Shown here: piece after piece, positions 38,691 through 51,000 of the stretch
Layout of the letters: every line of letters starts with the position of its first letter
Position numbering within the stretch: the stretch's first letter is position 1
Assembly: GCA_051362555.1 (NCBI GenBank)
Contig: CM120640.1
Span: forward strand, 71,774,788-71,838,787
Direction: 5' to 3'
Origin: Lingula anatina
Taxonomy: Eukaryota; Animalia; Brachiopoda
DNA: 64,000 nt
Notes under the pieces: model-generated
Databases searched by the model: none
What the model was told of the DNA's origin: nothing
Seen by the model: only the letters and a program-made list of their open reading frames with translations
Position numbers and translations under genes: made by a program

Positions 38691-39379
38691 TGTAACAACC
38701 CCAAATTGTGTTAGTTGGGCTCAACCGGAAAAGGTCAGATTGTGTGGGTTGGGTTCAACCGGAAAAAAAAAAGAAAGGGTGGAGGCCGGGAAGGAGAAAG
38801 GAAGGGAGTCACCATGGGAAGCTAATGTTTCCAGGAATTTATAGACTAAAAACATATATAGCCTGGAAATAGAGTAACCCAGCATGGTGACCTTTATGAA
38901 ATGATTACAAAGATAGTGACATTTCAGTGATGGTGAGCTTTATGAAATGATAACAAAGACAGTGACATATCAGTGACATTTGTAACACCGGCGGCGGCGT
39001 CCACGTCAGTGACCGTTTTATCATTCATGATAACTTTTGCGACAAATTATTCAACCTCCCTGGTGTATAAGGAGAATGATGTCGACATGCCGCCTCCTCC
39101 ACCATCGCTTTCATCGTTTCCAGTACCAGTGCCACCATGAAGATGTTTAAACGAGAAGGACAGCTAGTGTTCCGGATAACTATGTCAATGTGTCGCCTCC
39201 TCCATCATCGCCTTCACCGCTTTTAGTACCAATGCTTCCATGAAGACGTGTGAACGGGAATTAAGTAGGATTGTTACATGGTTTATTTTTGTTAAATGAC
39301 TATGCATTTAGAGACATTGTTGATTTATATTAATAAATTATATTTGAGAGTACAAATAAAACTTTATTTTGTCATAACA
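38691..39379 (+). repeat. 3' LTR of the Gmr1-like Gypsy element
   Basis: Follows PPT AAGGGGGAGGG; TGTAAC...ATAACA termini; AATAAA near the end. Confidence 0.8.
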
Positions 39380-39735
39380 CCTACAAGAATGGGTGGCTGA
39401 ACGACAAGCATATTGATGCAGCACAGCAGTTCATGAGAGAAATGTCATTTGGCATTGGTGGTCTCCAAAGTACTCTTACAATGAAGCACTCGAACAGGTT
39501 TCCACCACTTCCAGCTGAAGAAGAAGCCATACAGTGTCATGATATAGGAGAACATTGGGTTGTTTCATCATCAATTGGAGGTGTGATAACTGTGTATGAA
39601 TCTCTATCGACTAATCTTAATCTTGAGACAGCAACTTGCATCTCTTTACAAACTATATGCTAACCATGATGGTTGTCTTCAGGTGACAGTTTGTTGTCCA
39701 CAGAAACAAGTAGGTGTCTCTGATTGTGGCCTATT

Positions 39736-42700
39736 TATGATAAGGTTATTTAGGTGTATTTTCAATTGTATATATATATAATTTTCATTTTTTTTTTTTC
39801 CAAAAAAAAATAGATATCCTCCTAACAATAATAATAGATGTTTTAATTAAGTAGCTACTACTGACTTATCATAATATTCATACAGATCAACACCATCAAC
39901 TGCCACTGGTTATTCACCTTTTCATATATTGTTTGGAATGGAAATGGAGACTCCTTTTGATAGGATAGTTAAGCCAGAGAAAGATATAACATCATCTTTA
40001 CAGACCTTTGTAAAGGAGAAACTTTCTGAATTAGAAACAGGGAGGCAAGCAGCCATGTTATTGAAAAAAGAGTCTCAACACAAAGATTGCAAAAATTATA
40101 ACTAGAGGATCAGAGAGGCGATACCGCCTCCGGATATTGTACCACCAGCTGGAGTAAGCGCATTTGTATGCCCCCCCCTCCTAAAAGGGACACCATCACC
40201 AGTCTTGTGTTTGCCAAGCTCTATAAGATGCAATCAACAAGAGTTCTCAAAATATGCAAAAAAATATAACTAAAAATGGTACAATCAAGCAGATTTTCGA
40301 ATTGACTTGCATTTTCCTACCCTTGATCACTACTGTATTCTCTAGACAAAAGGCCTATTGGTTTTCCTTGAAATGTGTTGTCAATGGTGCATATATGCTG
40401 ACAAAAGAGAAAACCTAGGGGAAACATGGGCACATCTCTGCTAGTTTTAAAGATATGAGAGGCAAGAAAATATGCAAAGCTAAGTTCATGGTGAAAAAGT
40501 AGGTCAAAGGTCAATTTCAATATCATAGTATATGAATTTCTATTCAAGTTCCATAGCAACCATGGGCATTTCTTTGCCAATTTTGCAGATTTAAAGGCCA
40601 GAAAACATGCAAAAGTAGGTCAAAGGTCAATTTCAAGGTCACAGATTGCTAGTGTATTACTTCCTATTCAAGTTCAATAGTAACTATGGACCTATCTTTG
40701 TCAGTTTTGAAGATAAAGGTGAGCAAAAATTTGCTAAGTTCAGTTCATAGTAAAAGGAAGGTCAAAGGTTAATTTAAAGGTCACACTTAGATAGCCAGTA
40801 TATGACTTCCTATTTAAGTTCAATAGTAACTATGGACCTATCTCTGCCAGTTTTGGAGATAAAAGGGAAAGAAAATCTGCAAAGTTCAATTCATGATGAA
40901 AAGTAGGTCAAAGGTCAATTTCAAGGTCACACTTAGATTGCCAGTATATAACTTCCTATTCAAGTTCAATAGTAACTATGGACCTATCTCTGCCTGTTTT
41001 GGAGATATAAGGGAACGAAAATTTGCAAAGTTCAGTTCATAGTGAAAAGTAGGTCAATGGTCAATTTTAAGGTCACAATAAATTGCCTCTAATGACTTTC
41101 TATTCAAATTCAATAGTAACTTTGGGCATATCTTTGCCAGTTTTGGAGATAAAAGAGAACAAAAATTTGCAAAGTTCAGTTCATGGTTAAAAGTAGGTCA
41201 AAGGTCAAATTTAAGGTCACAGTAAATTGTCAGTATATGACTTCCTATTCAAGTTCAATAGTGACTATGGACCTATCTCTGCCAGTTTTGGAGATAAAAG
41301 GGAAAGAAAATCTGCAAAGTTCAATTCATGATGAAAAGTAGGTCAAAGGTCAATTTCAAGGTCACACTTAGATTGCCAGTAAATGACTTCCTATTCAAGT
41401 TCAATAGTAACTATGGACCTATCTCTGCCAGTTTTGGAGATATAAGGGAACAAAATTTTGTAAACTTCAATTCATGGTAGAAAGTAGGTCAAAGGTCAAT
41501 TTTAAGGTCACAATAAATTGCCTCTAATGACTTTCTATTCAAATTCAATAGTAACTATGGGTGTATCTTTGCCAGTTTTGCAGATAAAAGGGAACAAAAA
41601 TTTGCAAAGTTCAGTTCATGGTAAAAAGTAGGTCAAAGGTCAAATTTAAGGTCACAGTAAATTGTCAGTATATGACTTCCTATTCAAATTCAATAGTGAC
41701 TATAGACCTATCTCTGCCAGTTTTGGAGATAAAAGGGAAAGAAAATTGTCAAAGTTCAATTCATGGTGAAAAGTAGGTCAAAGGTCAATTTTAAGGTCAC
41801 TGTTAAATTGCCAGTATGCGACTTCCTATTCAACTTTAACAGAAACTATGGACCTATCTCTGCCAGTTTTGGAATTATAAGGGAACGAAAATTGGTAAAC
41901 TTCAATTCATGATGAAAAGTAGGTCAAATGTCAATTTCAAGATCAGAGTAAATTGCCTCTAATGACTTCCTATTCAAGCTCAATTGTAACTTTGGACCTA
42001 TCTCTGCCAGTTTTGGAGATTAAACGGAACCAAAATTTGCAATGTTAAGTTCATGGTAAAAAGTAGGTCAAAGGTCAATTTCAAGGTCACACTTAGATAG
42101 CCAGTATATGACTTCCTATTCAACTTTAATAGTAACTATTGACCTATCTCTGCCAGTTTTGGAGATAAAAGGGAACAAAAATTTGCTAAGTTCAGTTCAT
42201 GGTGAAAAGTAGGTCAAAGGTCAATTTCAAGGTCACATCTAGATTGCAAGTAAATGACTTCCTTTTCAACTTAAATAATAACTATTGACCTATCTCTGCC
42301 AGTTTTGGAGATATAAGGGACTAAATGTTACAATTCTGAGTTACATATTTTATGGCCGCTACTCCCGTGAAAATGCACTGATTGACCCCAAATTCATGGA
42401 GATGAAAGATGACCCAAAGGGTAACACTTTCCAATATAATTATTGGTTAAGTCTGTGTAGTGTCTGAATAACAGTGCAAATAATATTTTTTTTCGTAAAA
42501 AATTTCATTTTTTTGAAAATTTTGGCCCATTTGACCTTGAAATAAAGGTCAAAGATCTAATCCAAGGGCATATTTGAAATCTACACATATGACTTTTGGA
42601 AAGCCGTCTGTAGAAAATTTTCCCATAATTCCTTCCGTAGGGTAGATAATTGGCATTGAATTTTCAAAAATTTTGACAAGGGTGCATTTCAACTAGCATC

Positions 42701-45700
42701 ACGCCCAGGTCAATGCACCGACTGAGACAAAAAAACCTGGGGGTTCAAGTTGAGGTTATATGTGACCTAAATCCAAGAGATGGGGACAGGGGTCATTGCG
42801 GTCTAGGAGGAGAAGCGGTAACGGTGACTTGTATCCGGCGCCAGTACGCGGAGCCGGCGGAGCCAACGGAGCCGGCGGAGCCAACGGAGCCGGCGGAGCC
42901 AACGGAGCCGGCGGAGCCGGACGAGACGGGTCGGGACTAAAACCATGAGTACCGCCAGCGTACACGCTGGTGGTACTAATAAAAATGCAGAATTCCCAGT
43001 TTTCAAAGAAACAGACGTGGTTTGGTTAAAAAATCACCAAGTAAAGAAAGGTATGAGTCCCAAACTTACAGAAAAATATAGTGGACCATATTACATAGCC
43101 AAATGTGTAGGAAGGGCTACATATTTACTACGAGAATGTGAGAGTAACAAACAACTAAGGTCTCCTGTGCATGCCAACAGGTTAAAACCTTACGTAGATC
43201 CTGTTATTAGGGAATCTTTAAAAGAAAAGAGTGTGGGAAATGATAAAAATGAAAAAAACGTCTCTGAGGAATTAATTCAGGACAATGAGGATAGTTCAGT
43301 TGAAAATAGAAGTCAAAAAGATGTTGATAAACAACCCCAAGAAAGTAAAGAACGCTATGATGAAGCAGAAAAAATCATCAAATGTGTTAATTACAGGGGT
43401 ACAAAGTGGTATAGAATTAAATGGAAATACCTTAAAAAATCTGATTGGGTTACTGCAGATAGGGTACCTTCCATTTTAATAAGAGAGTTTCATGCAAATA
43501 AAACAATGAAAGGGAGAAAGAAAAAGAAGTCAGTAGTAGCTACTTAATTAAAACATCTATTATTATTGTTAGGAGGATATCTATTTTTTCTGGATTGAAA
43601 TAGTACTAACCTTATTTTTAGCTGGTCTCGATAAGGAGTAGATCTGGATTAAATATTTGTTTTCTTGATATTATAAAGATGTGGAGATACAATTGAAACT
43701 CAAGTGGATTAAGTGGATCGTGGGATTCACTATGTCACATTAATTTAGAGAATTTTTAGCCAATGATTCACAAATAAGTTTAAGGCTAGGTACATTGGCA
43801 GAGGCAAGGGAAAAGAAACACATTATTTTTAAGTCTTTGAGTGAATTTTTATTAAAAGGAGATATTGAATTACCAGAGGTAATAACTTTAATGAAACTTT
43901 AACCTACATAGCTTTAATTATGGAAAGAATGACAATTTTGTTTTCATAAGCAGTAGGTTACGAAGTGAAAGTTTTATCAACAACTGTACTGGCAATTCAA
44001 AAGGTCAAAGCAAATCCATGTTTTGTTTTTACTAATGCCAACATCAACTTGGTTTGAATGGAATAGTCGAACATGAAAACTTATTAAATATAGCATCATG
44101 CATTGTTATTATTTTACTTATTGCCATCTTGATTGGGGTATGTAAAAGGAAGAAAAGTTCAAAGAATTGTCTTGCTATTGAATTGACTATAGAAGAGCTG
44201 TTCATTATTTTGCCCATCAAATCGTTTTGGCCAAACAATTACAATGTCACATATGAAACCATATTGACAAGTGTTTATCTCACCATGGGAGTTTTTCCAA
44301 CAATTAATTTTTGAATGGGGAGATATAAAAATTATCAATCAAGTCAACAAAAAAAGCTATTATCTTGCCATTTAGTTTCAAATAAACTGCTGGAAATACT
44401 TTAAAATAATGAAAATACTCCAAGAAAATTTTGATGCCAGAATCATTTTTCTGCATGATCAATTTCTGGTTTATCATTGAATAAATATTTTTTTTTAAGA
44501 GAGGAGAGAAATTAGCATTGTGCCAATATTAGATTGTTTTAATGTAAATAAACAAAAGGAGGATGGTTTACTCAAATACTTGCTTCATCTGCACTTGTTT
44601 TGTTATGCCTAGCTTTTGTTTGTAATAAATCAAAGTCAAATTTAATTGTGCCATATTGTTTTGTTTAATGTCATGTTAAGGAATTAAGTAGATTTAGTAT
44701 TTTTTTAACTTTCTATATAATTGTTTTATTTCACTATTAAACAATGTTTATAACAAGTAATGAATTATAAATTTATTATTCAGTTTAAATAGAACTAAAT
44801 GAGCTTATCAATGTTATAACTAACATTTTTCTTTATTTACCCACATATTTTTGCATGTATTTTCAATTGTATATATATATAATTTTCATTTTTTTTTTGG
44901 TTTGTTTGTAACAGGAATCATAAAAATGTTATTGAAATGGGAAGTGAGTATTATTAGTTGAAGAGAAAATATCCTTGATCAGTAACGGATAATATATATT
45001 AAATGGTACAATTTAACAGAATGAACTGAAGATACTTAAGTGTTATTAATAAATTGAGTAGTTTAAATGATAGTTTTATTGTATGATACTGATATGGATA
45101 TATAAGTAAGCAAATGATTAACATTTTTTATTAAGTGAAAATGTTATGTTGCTTCATACTACATGAACATTAAATGATTATTTGTGCTGAAATATTGACT
45201 GAATGACAACTTATTAATATAAACAATATATATATGTATGCTTAAACATATTTTAATGGATTATAAATTTTATCTTAAAATAAGATAATGATTACAAGAT
45301 GGAAGTAATCATAATTGATTAAATAGTGTTAATTTTTTTAGAGATATCTATTAAAGGACTGAAGGAGTATTAATTAGAAGTACATAGACAATTAATACAA
45401 CTAAGATATGTTATGTTAAATTTTAGTATATTTGCTGGAGGGAATGAGTATTATGTAATGTTACTTTATAATTTTTTTATTAATTCAAATTCTTTTTTTG
45501 TGTGCATATTAACAATAATGAGAAGTTTCATATAAACAGAATATGATATGATTAAATAATGTTTAGGTATCTTTAATTAAGCATGATTTTAAATAAAATG
45601 ATTTAACTGTTATGATATAGAATTTTATTGGAAATAGATTAATTTTAATTGTGAAAGTTTTGAGGCACAAAACTTATTTGAGCAGGAGATTAATTATGAT

Positions 45701-45984
45701 AAGGTTATTTAGGTGTAAAGCTGAGGGACTGTGGAAGTATTCTATTCACACATACTTGAATGAAGTCAAAAATTGAAGATGTGCTGGCATGCATTAGGTG
45801 TGTGTGAAAGTTATCTTCCAGAGTTTCTCAGTGGAAAGTCAAAGAAATAAACATGAAACAATGTTATTTTGACTAGTAATCTGTAATAAAAATCTAAGTG
45901 AAATTCAATAAAGGAACTATTCTGATTTTGGAACTGGATGGTATTTGAGTTGTCTCTTATAACTACTCCGACATCGCGCTGATA
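39736..45984 (+). mobile_element. 5'-deleted Gypsy element with integrase GPY/F + chromodomain-like tail, 4-bp TSD TATT
   Basis: Integrase C-terminus SYRSTPSTATGYSPFHILFG (39878-40100) continues after the HINE at 42978-43547 (KLTEKYSGPYY, VHANRLKPY, KWYRIKWK..SDWV). LTR 45695-45984; its first 23 nt are repeated at 39736. TSD TATT at 39732-39735 and 45985-45988; removal restores GLFTIANA in the host frame. Confidence 0.8.
40100..42978 (-). mobile_element. Second HINE of the same family, ~13 x 145-146-bp satellite, inserted in the Gypsy integrase
   Basis: Same ends as 35433-38639 (AACTAGAGGATCAGAGAGGCGATACCGCCTCC; GTACCGCCAGCG-TACA-CGCTGGTGGTAC); (GGAGCCGGC/GGAGCCAAC)n microsatellite; inserted at AA/TT without TSD, restoring KNYNKNAEF on removal. 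Confidence 0.87.
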
Positions 45985-47097
45985 TATTCACTATAGCAAA
46001 TGCTACTGCCCTTGTATGTGGAAGCAATCCAAAGAAAATTGTTTGGGACCAATCTAAGATGAGAAATCATCTGACATCTTGCTTTGAGAACCAGAGACTG
46101 TCATTGTTCCCCTGCAAACACCTACCCCAGGAAGATCCACTGTGTCCTAAAGAAGACTATCTAGTCAGTGTATACTGTAAATGCTTTATGCACCAGCCTG
46201 ATGTTCAACTGTTAAGATGTTGTAAGTGTTATTCCTATTTTTACATATCATGTGTAGGTTTGAATGCCCAGTCAGTTGCGTCACTTCTTTGTGATGACTC
46301 CTATGTTTGTAGTTCATGTCAATCTGACCATTCCTGAAAATGTAGCATTCTTGAAAATGCAGAAGAAGTATCTCACTTCATGAAATCACTTAACTATATG
46401 ATTGAATAGTAACATCTATTTTGATAGTATTTGGGTAAAGTGACCCTTGTCTATTTTGATTGTATTGGGTATTTAGTGACCCCTGTCTATTTTCATTGAG
46501 TTAAGTTTGTCTTAAGTTGAAAATCCATTGAAACAAACAGTAGATTGAAACAAGGCAGCAAAGCTGTCAAATGTACAGACAAAAAACAGAAAGAAAAGGT
46601 CATTTTGTCAATTTGATGCAATAATAAATAATGCTTATTATAGAACTGTCAGTCAACACTGAATTTTAATCATGCACAACAGGTAACACGGTCAGTAACA
46701 GGAGTGGACCCTGAGATATTTTCTGACATTATTCCAAAGTATCTATGTTGATCCATCCTCCATTTTGATGGTCTTCCAACAGAAAAAAAGATACCAGTCA
46801 ATATAAACATAATAACCTGACTGCCTTCTGGAAGACCCAGAAGATGGTCTCAATCCACCCCTTCAATAAGATTACAGTTTCAGGACCATGAGAGACCAAA
46901 GTCACATGATGAAAGTCTCAATATTTGAAAAATGATGACAGTGCATAAAATAATATTACATAAGTAACATAATGTTTAAAGACATAAAAAACAATACAAC
47001 TGCTTATGTGGAAATACAGAAAATGTGCAGAGGCGGATGAGAGTTAAAAGTCACAAATGCAAGTGTTTGAGAAAAAATTATAAAGGAAAACATAACA

Positions 47098-47420
47098 AAA
47101 CTAGAAAAGCATTTCGAGAGTGCAGACCTCTGCCAAGGCAGCAATTGTTGATTATTATTGATTATTGATTGATAATTGAGCCAGACCACCACCAAAAAGT
47201 AATCATTGGCCCACTTCTGACAGTTCCTGAAAATTTCAGAGAAATCGGTCCATAACTTTTTGAGTTATGTTGATGACAGACAAACAGGGATGAAAATGTA
47301 TGGCCCACTTCTGACAGTTCCTGAAAATTTCAGAGAAATCGGTCCATAACTTTTTGAGTTATGTTGATGACAGACAAACAGGGGTGAAAATGTAACCTCC
47401 TTGGCAGAGCCTGAGGTAAA
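47098..47420 (-). mobile_element. Short HINE/DINE-1-like element with two ~85-bp units
   Basis: AAACTAGAAAAGCATTTCGAGAGTGC end, subTIR pair CTCTGCCAAGG / CCTTGGCAGAG, GACAGACAAACAG microsatellite, duplicated TGGCCCACTTCTGACAG block. Confidence 0.7.
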
Positions 47421-47999
47421 TATAATTCCAATGATGCTGCTATTCAAACTTTTTATCTTCGTGTTTGATATATATATATATAATTACCTGCATAATTTAC
47501 CTCCATAATTATCACTGCTTCCTTATTATTAATCTAGCAGAGAGCTTAACCTTTGGGAGTTTACAGGGAGATATCAACAAGTGTGCTTTATGTAATCTCA
47601 TTTAATGGCCTATTAATAATTAATTAGGCAAATGATTTTATAACTCTAAAATTAGCTTAGTGATACCCAAGGGAAATTTACAGACTGACCCTCTCAAAGG
47701 CCTTTCAGGCCCATAAGTCACATCTTAAGAAAAGCACAAAACAATAATGCACAAAATAGGAGACTACCAATTCTGATGCAATAATACATGTTTAACTGCA
47801 CAGTCAACATCAAATTTTAATTATGCACAACAGGTAACACCAACAAAAGTAAAAACATAAGCCTTCAGGCCCATCAGAGTTCAAGTTTATACTTCAAAGG
47901 TGCCAGAATGAGAAAAATGAAAATTTCACACAAAATTGCATAAATTCAATAATAAATGATTACCAAACTGAACTAGCTTTCTAATTTGAACTGCATGCC

Positions 48000-49872
48000 A
48001 ATCCTAAAAATCATACTAGTAAGTTAAAAATAATAATAAGTAACACAGTTTCCTTTTCATAATATTTGCAGTAGCAGTGCAAAAAGATTGTCAATTTTGA
48101 TGTCACATTACATAATAAATTATAGAATAATTATCACCAATTTTTGATTATTGACTATAAATAGCATGGACATGTAGAAAATTTGATTACCATTTGGCTT
48201 CATGTCCATGGGAGCTCCAAGTCCCACAACGAATATGCCAAAAAGATAATGAATATTTCACTAAAATGTATAACTTCCAGAAAAAGAAGTCAATAAGACT
48301 GCTTTTCCAACTCAGGCTGCATTTTAGTCCAGTGTTTCTTTTTTTAAAGGTTTGACAGTCATAAGTAACACAGTTTTTCCATAATGGTCATCATGGCAGC
48401 AGCACCAAAAATTGTGTTTTCTTCTATTTTGATGCAACATTACATAATAATTAACAGCATAATGACGATCAATTTTTAATAATAGAATATTTGTATCATG
48501 GTCATTCAGAAAACATGACAAGCAAAGGTCTTCAGGATCATGGAACTTCAAAGTCACACCTTGAAAATGCAAATAAGAAAAAAATTAAATTTTCACAAAA
48601 AACTGTTTAACTGCCAGTAAAAATTACCAAACAGACTGCATTGCCTACTGAAGCTGTATTTTAGTCCCATGTTTCTTTCCTGTAAGTTTGATAACAGTAA
48701 GTGACATGATTTTCTTTAAATGGTCATCATGGGAGCAGTGCCCAAAATAGGGGTTCCTTCAAATTTTGATGCAATATTACATAATGTTTAACAGCATAAT
48801 GACCATCAATTTTTGATCATAAAATATTAATATCATGGATATTCAGAAAATGTGACTAGCAAAGGTCTGCAGGCTCATGGAACTTCAAAGTCACATCTTA
48901 AAAATGCCAAAATGTAAACAAGACAGCACTGTTCTGAAATGGGTTTATTTCCATTTTTAACACTTTTTTAACATAAAACAAAATAAACAGTTTACTGCCA
49001 TTTTTATATGACCAACTAAGAAAATTGATGAGATGGGAAAAATATCAATAGAACAGTGTTAAATGTCCAATTTCCTCCATTATGAGATTCTGAACATAGT
49101 TGATGATTGAATCTTACAAACTGCAATGATATGAGTTTATTTCCATTTTTGACACTTTATTACACAATACACGATATCAAGTTTACCATCATTTTTACAT
49201 AATCAAATAACAATGTTGTAAAGATGCAGGAAATATCAAACAAACACTTTTATGTATCTTATTAGTTAAATAATGAGACTGTTAACATGCTTAAGAATTG
49301 AGTCTGAGGAAATGTGAAAAAACAGCATAACTTCTAAAATAATGGCCCGATTATGCTGATTTACAAACTCAACCTGCATTTTAGTAAGATTGACCACTCA
49401 TGTAAGTATAATGACAATTGGCTTATCTGTTTTTCTTATATTGTGTTATCAGTGTTGCATATATGTTGAAAAAAGTGAAAAAAACAGCGTAACTTCCCTA
49501 AAAATGACCCGATCATGCTGATTTTCGAACTTGACCTGCGTATTATGAATATTCATTAGTGCTGTAAGTTTCAAGCCAAAAAGTAAAATGGTTTTCCACT
49601 TATCGTGTTATCGGTGCTGCATATATGCTGAAAAAAGTGAAAAAACAGCATAACTTCCCTAAAAATGGCCCGATCATGCTGATTTTCGAACTTGACCTGC
49701 ATATTATAAATATTCATCAGTTCTGTAAGTTTCAAGCCAAAAGCAAAAACGGTTTTCCACTTATTGTGTTATCGGTAAAAGTGCACGACGGCGACGACGG
49801 CACCGACGGCGACGACGACAGATGCAGATGATGGCTATATGTACAGACACATCTGTGTCTGTACATAAAAAT
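48000..49872 (-). mobile_element. Decayed HINE-like element with ~330-bp and ~160-175-bp tandem units
   Basis: Terminal hairpin TATGTACAGACAC-ATCT-GTGTCTGTACATA and (GACGGC)n microsatellite at 49786-49868; units related to the 25230-27760 satellite; left boundary uncertain. Confidence 0.6.
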
Positions 49873-50109
49873 GAGTTAACTTTTTAAAGAAATTGTGAAA
49901 TTTGTGTTTTTTTCTGTGAATGTATAACTCTCTACACTCTGAAATGTCACCCGATGAAGTAACCTGGATTATGAAATAAATATGGTACTAAAGAAAGTTG
50001 AATTTTGTATCAAATTAGTTATTTTTTTAAATTTATAATTTGAAATTTTGACATTTAATTTGTTAATTAAGTGGGGGTGGGGCTTTGGAATGAAAATATT
50101 CCTGCTTTC

Positions 50110-50918
50110 ACGAGTAATATTTTCACAAGAGCTAGTTATAAATCTGATCATTCTCCAGTTATATTAGAACTAGATTTAAATCATTTCAGAAAAGGCAAAG
50201 GCCTATGGAAGTTAAATAATAATTTACTAAAAAATTAAGAATATGCTCATAAAGTTAAAGAATTCATCGCTAGGGTAAAAAGGCAATATGCAGCTTGCAT
50301 GTATAATTTTGAAAAAATAGATGATATCTCGAATGACTTGATTTACTTCACAATTGATGATGCACTATTTTTGGAAACGTTGTTAATGGAAATTAGAGGA
50401 GAAACAATATTGTTTGCGACGTACATGAAAAAAACAAAAATGAAAAAGAAAGGGAATTGGAAAAGGAGATTAATGAAATTGAATCTAATTCATCTTTTGA
50501 TGGCTCTTTGAATCTTTTACAATAGATGAAAAAAAGTTAGAGTTAATCTGAATTAGGGAAGAAAAATTAAAAAGAGCAATTATAAGATGGAAATGTAAAT
50601 GGGTAGAGGAAGGGGAAAAGCCTACAAAATACTTTTGGAAAATCGCAAATACCTCAATAAAACCATTCAAAGTCTAAAACAAATTGACAATACTTTCATA
50701 TATGACCATATGGAAATTTTAGAGAAAACAAACTTTTTTCAGAACCTGTATACAGCAAAGGAAGGTGATATTGATGATGTTGATTTTAGTGAAGGGAGTT
50801 AGAAATATTGATTTATGATAAAATAAAAGTTACTGTAGAATTCTGTATTGAAATCTTTATCTTGGGCACATATTCAAAGGTTTTCAAGCCACTAGACTAT
50901 ATCATACTTGTTACTAAG

Positions 50919-51000
<82 letters not shown>

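Larger units (their letters stand above)
33751..39379 (+). mobile_element. Internally deleted Gypsy LTR retrotransposon, Gmr1-like domain order
   Basis: 5' LTR tail 33751-33785; PBS 33788-33802; RT (MPFGMKNSGATF, YIDDIVIYS) and RNase H (IEKETLAL, TDHNPI, ADALSR*) ending at 34730; PPT 38678-38688; 3' LTR TG...CA 38691-39379 whose last 35 nt equal the 5' tail. Confidence 0.85.
33270..46337 (+). mobile_element. Second MULE-type element tail (Ulp1/C48 protease + PHD finger), split into three pieces by two LTR-element insertions
   Basis: Pieces 33270-33756, 39380-39735, 45985-46337. FSSRFGSHAEIMK*SYKVDVPL is homologous to FSSRVGKLAEQMRKSYNVNVPL in ORF 18650-19273. Also GWLNDKHIDAAQ, EHWV, VYES, QKQVGVSDCGLF|TIANATAL, MRNHLTSCFE and PHD VYCKC..CCKC..SCV..CSSC. 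Confidence 0.8.

Noticed and set aside
42713-43006. AEP/TEP, PAP/LAP and RRL repeat ORFs
   Set aside because: Translations of the 9-bp HINE microsatellite.
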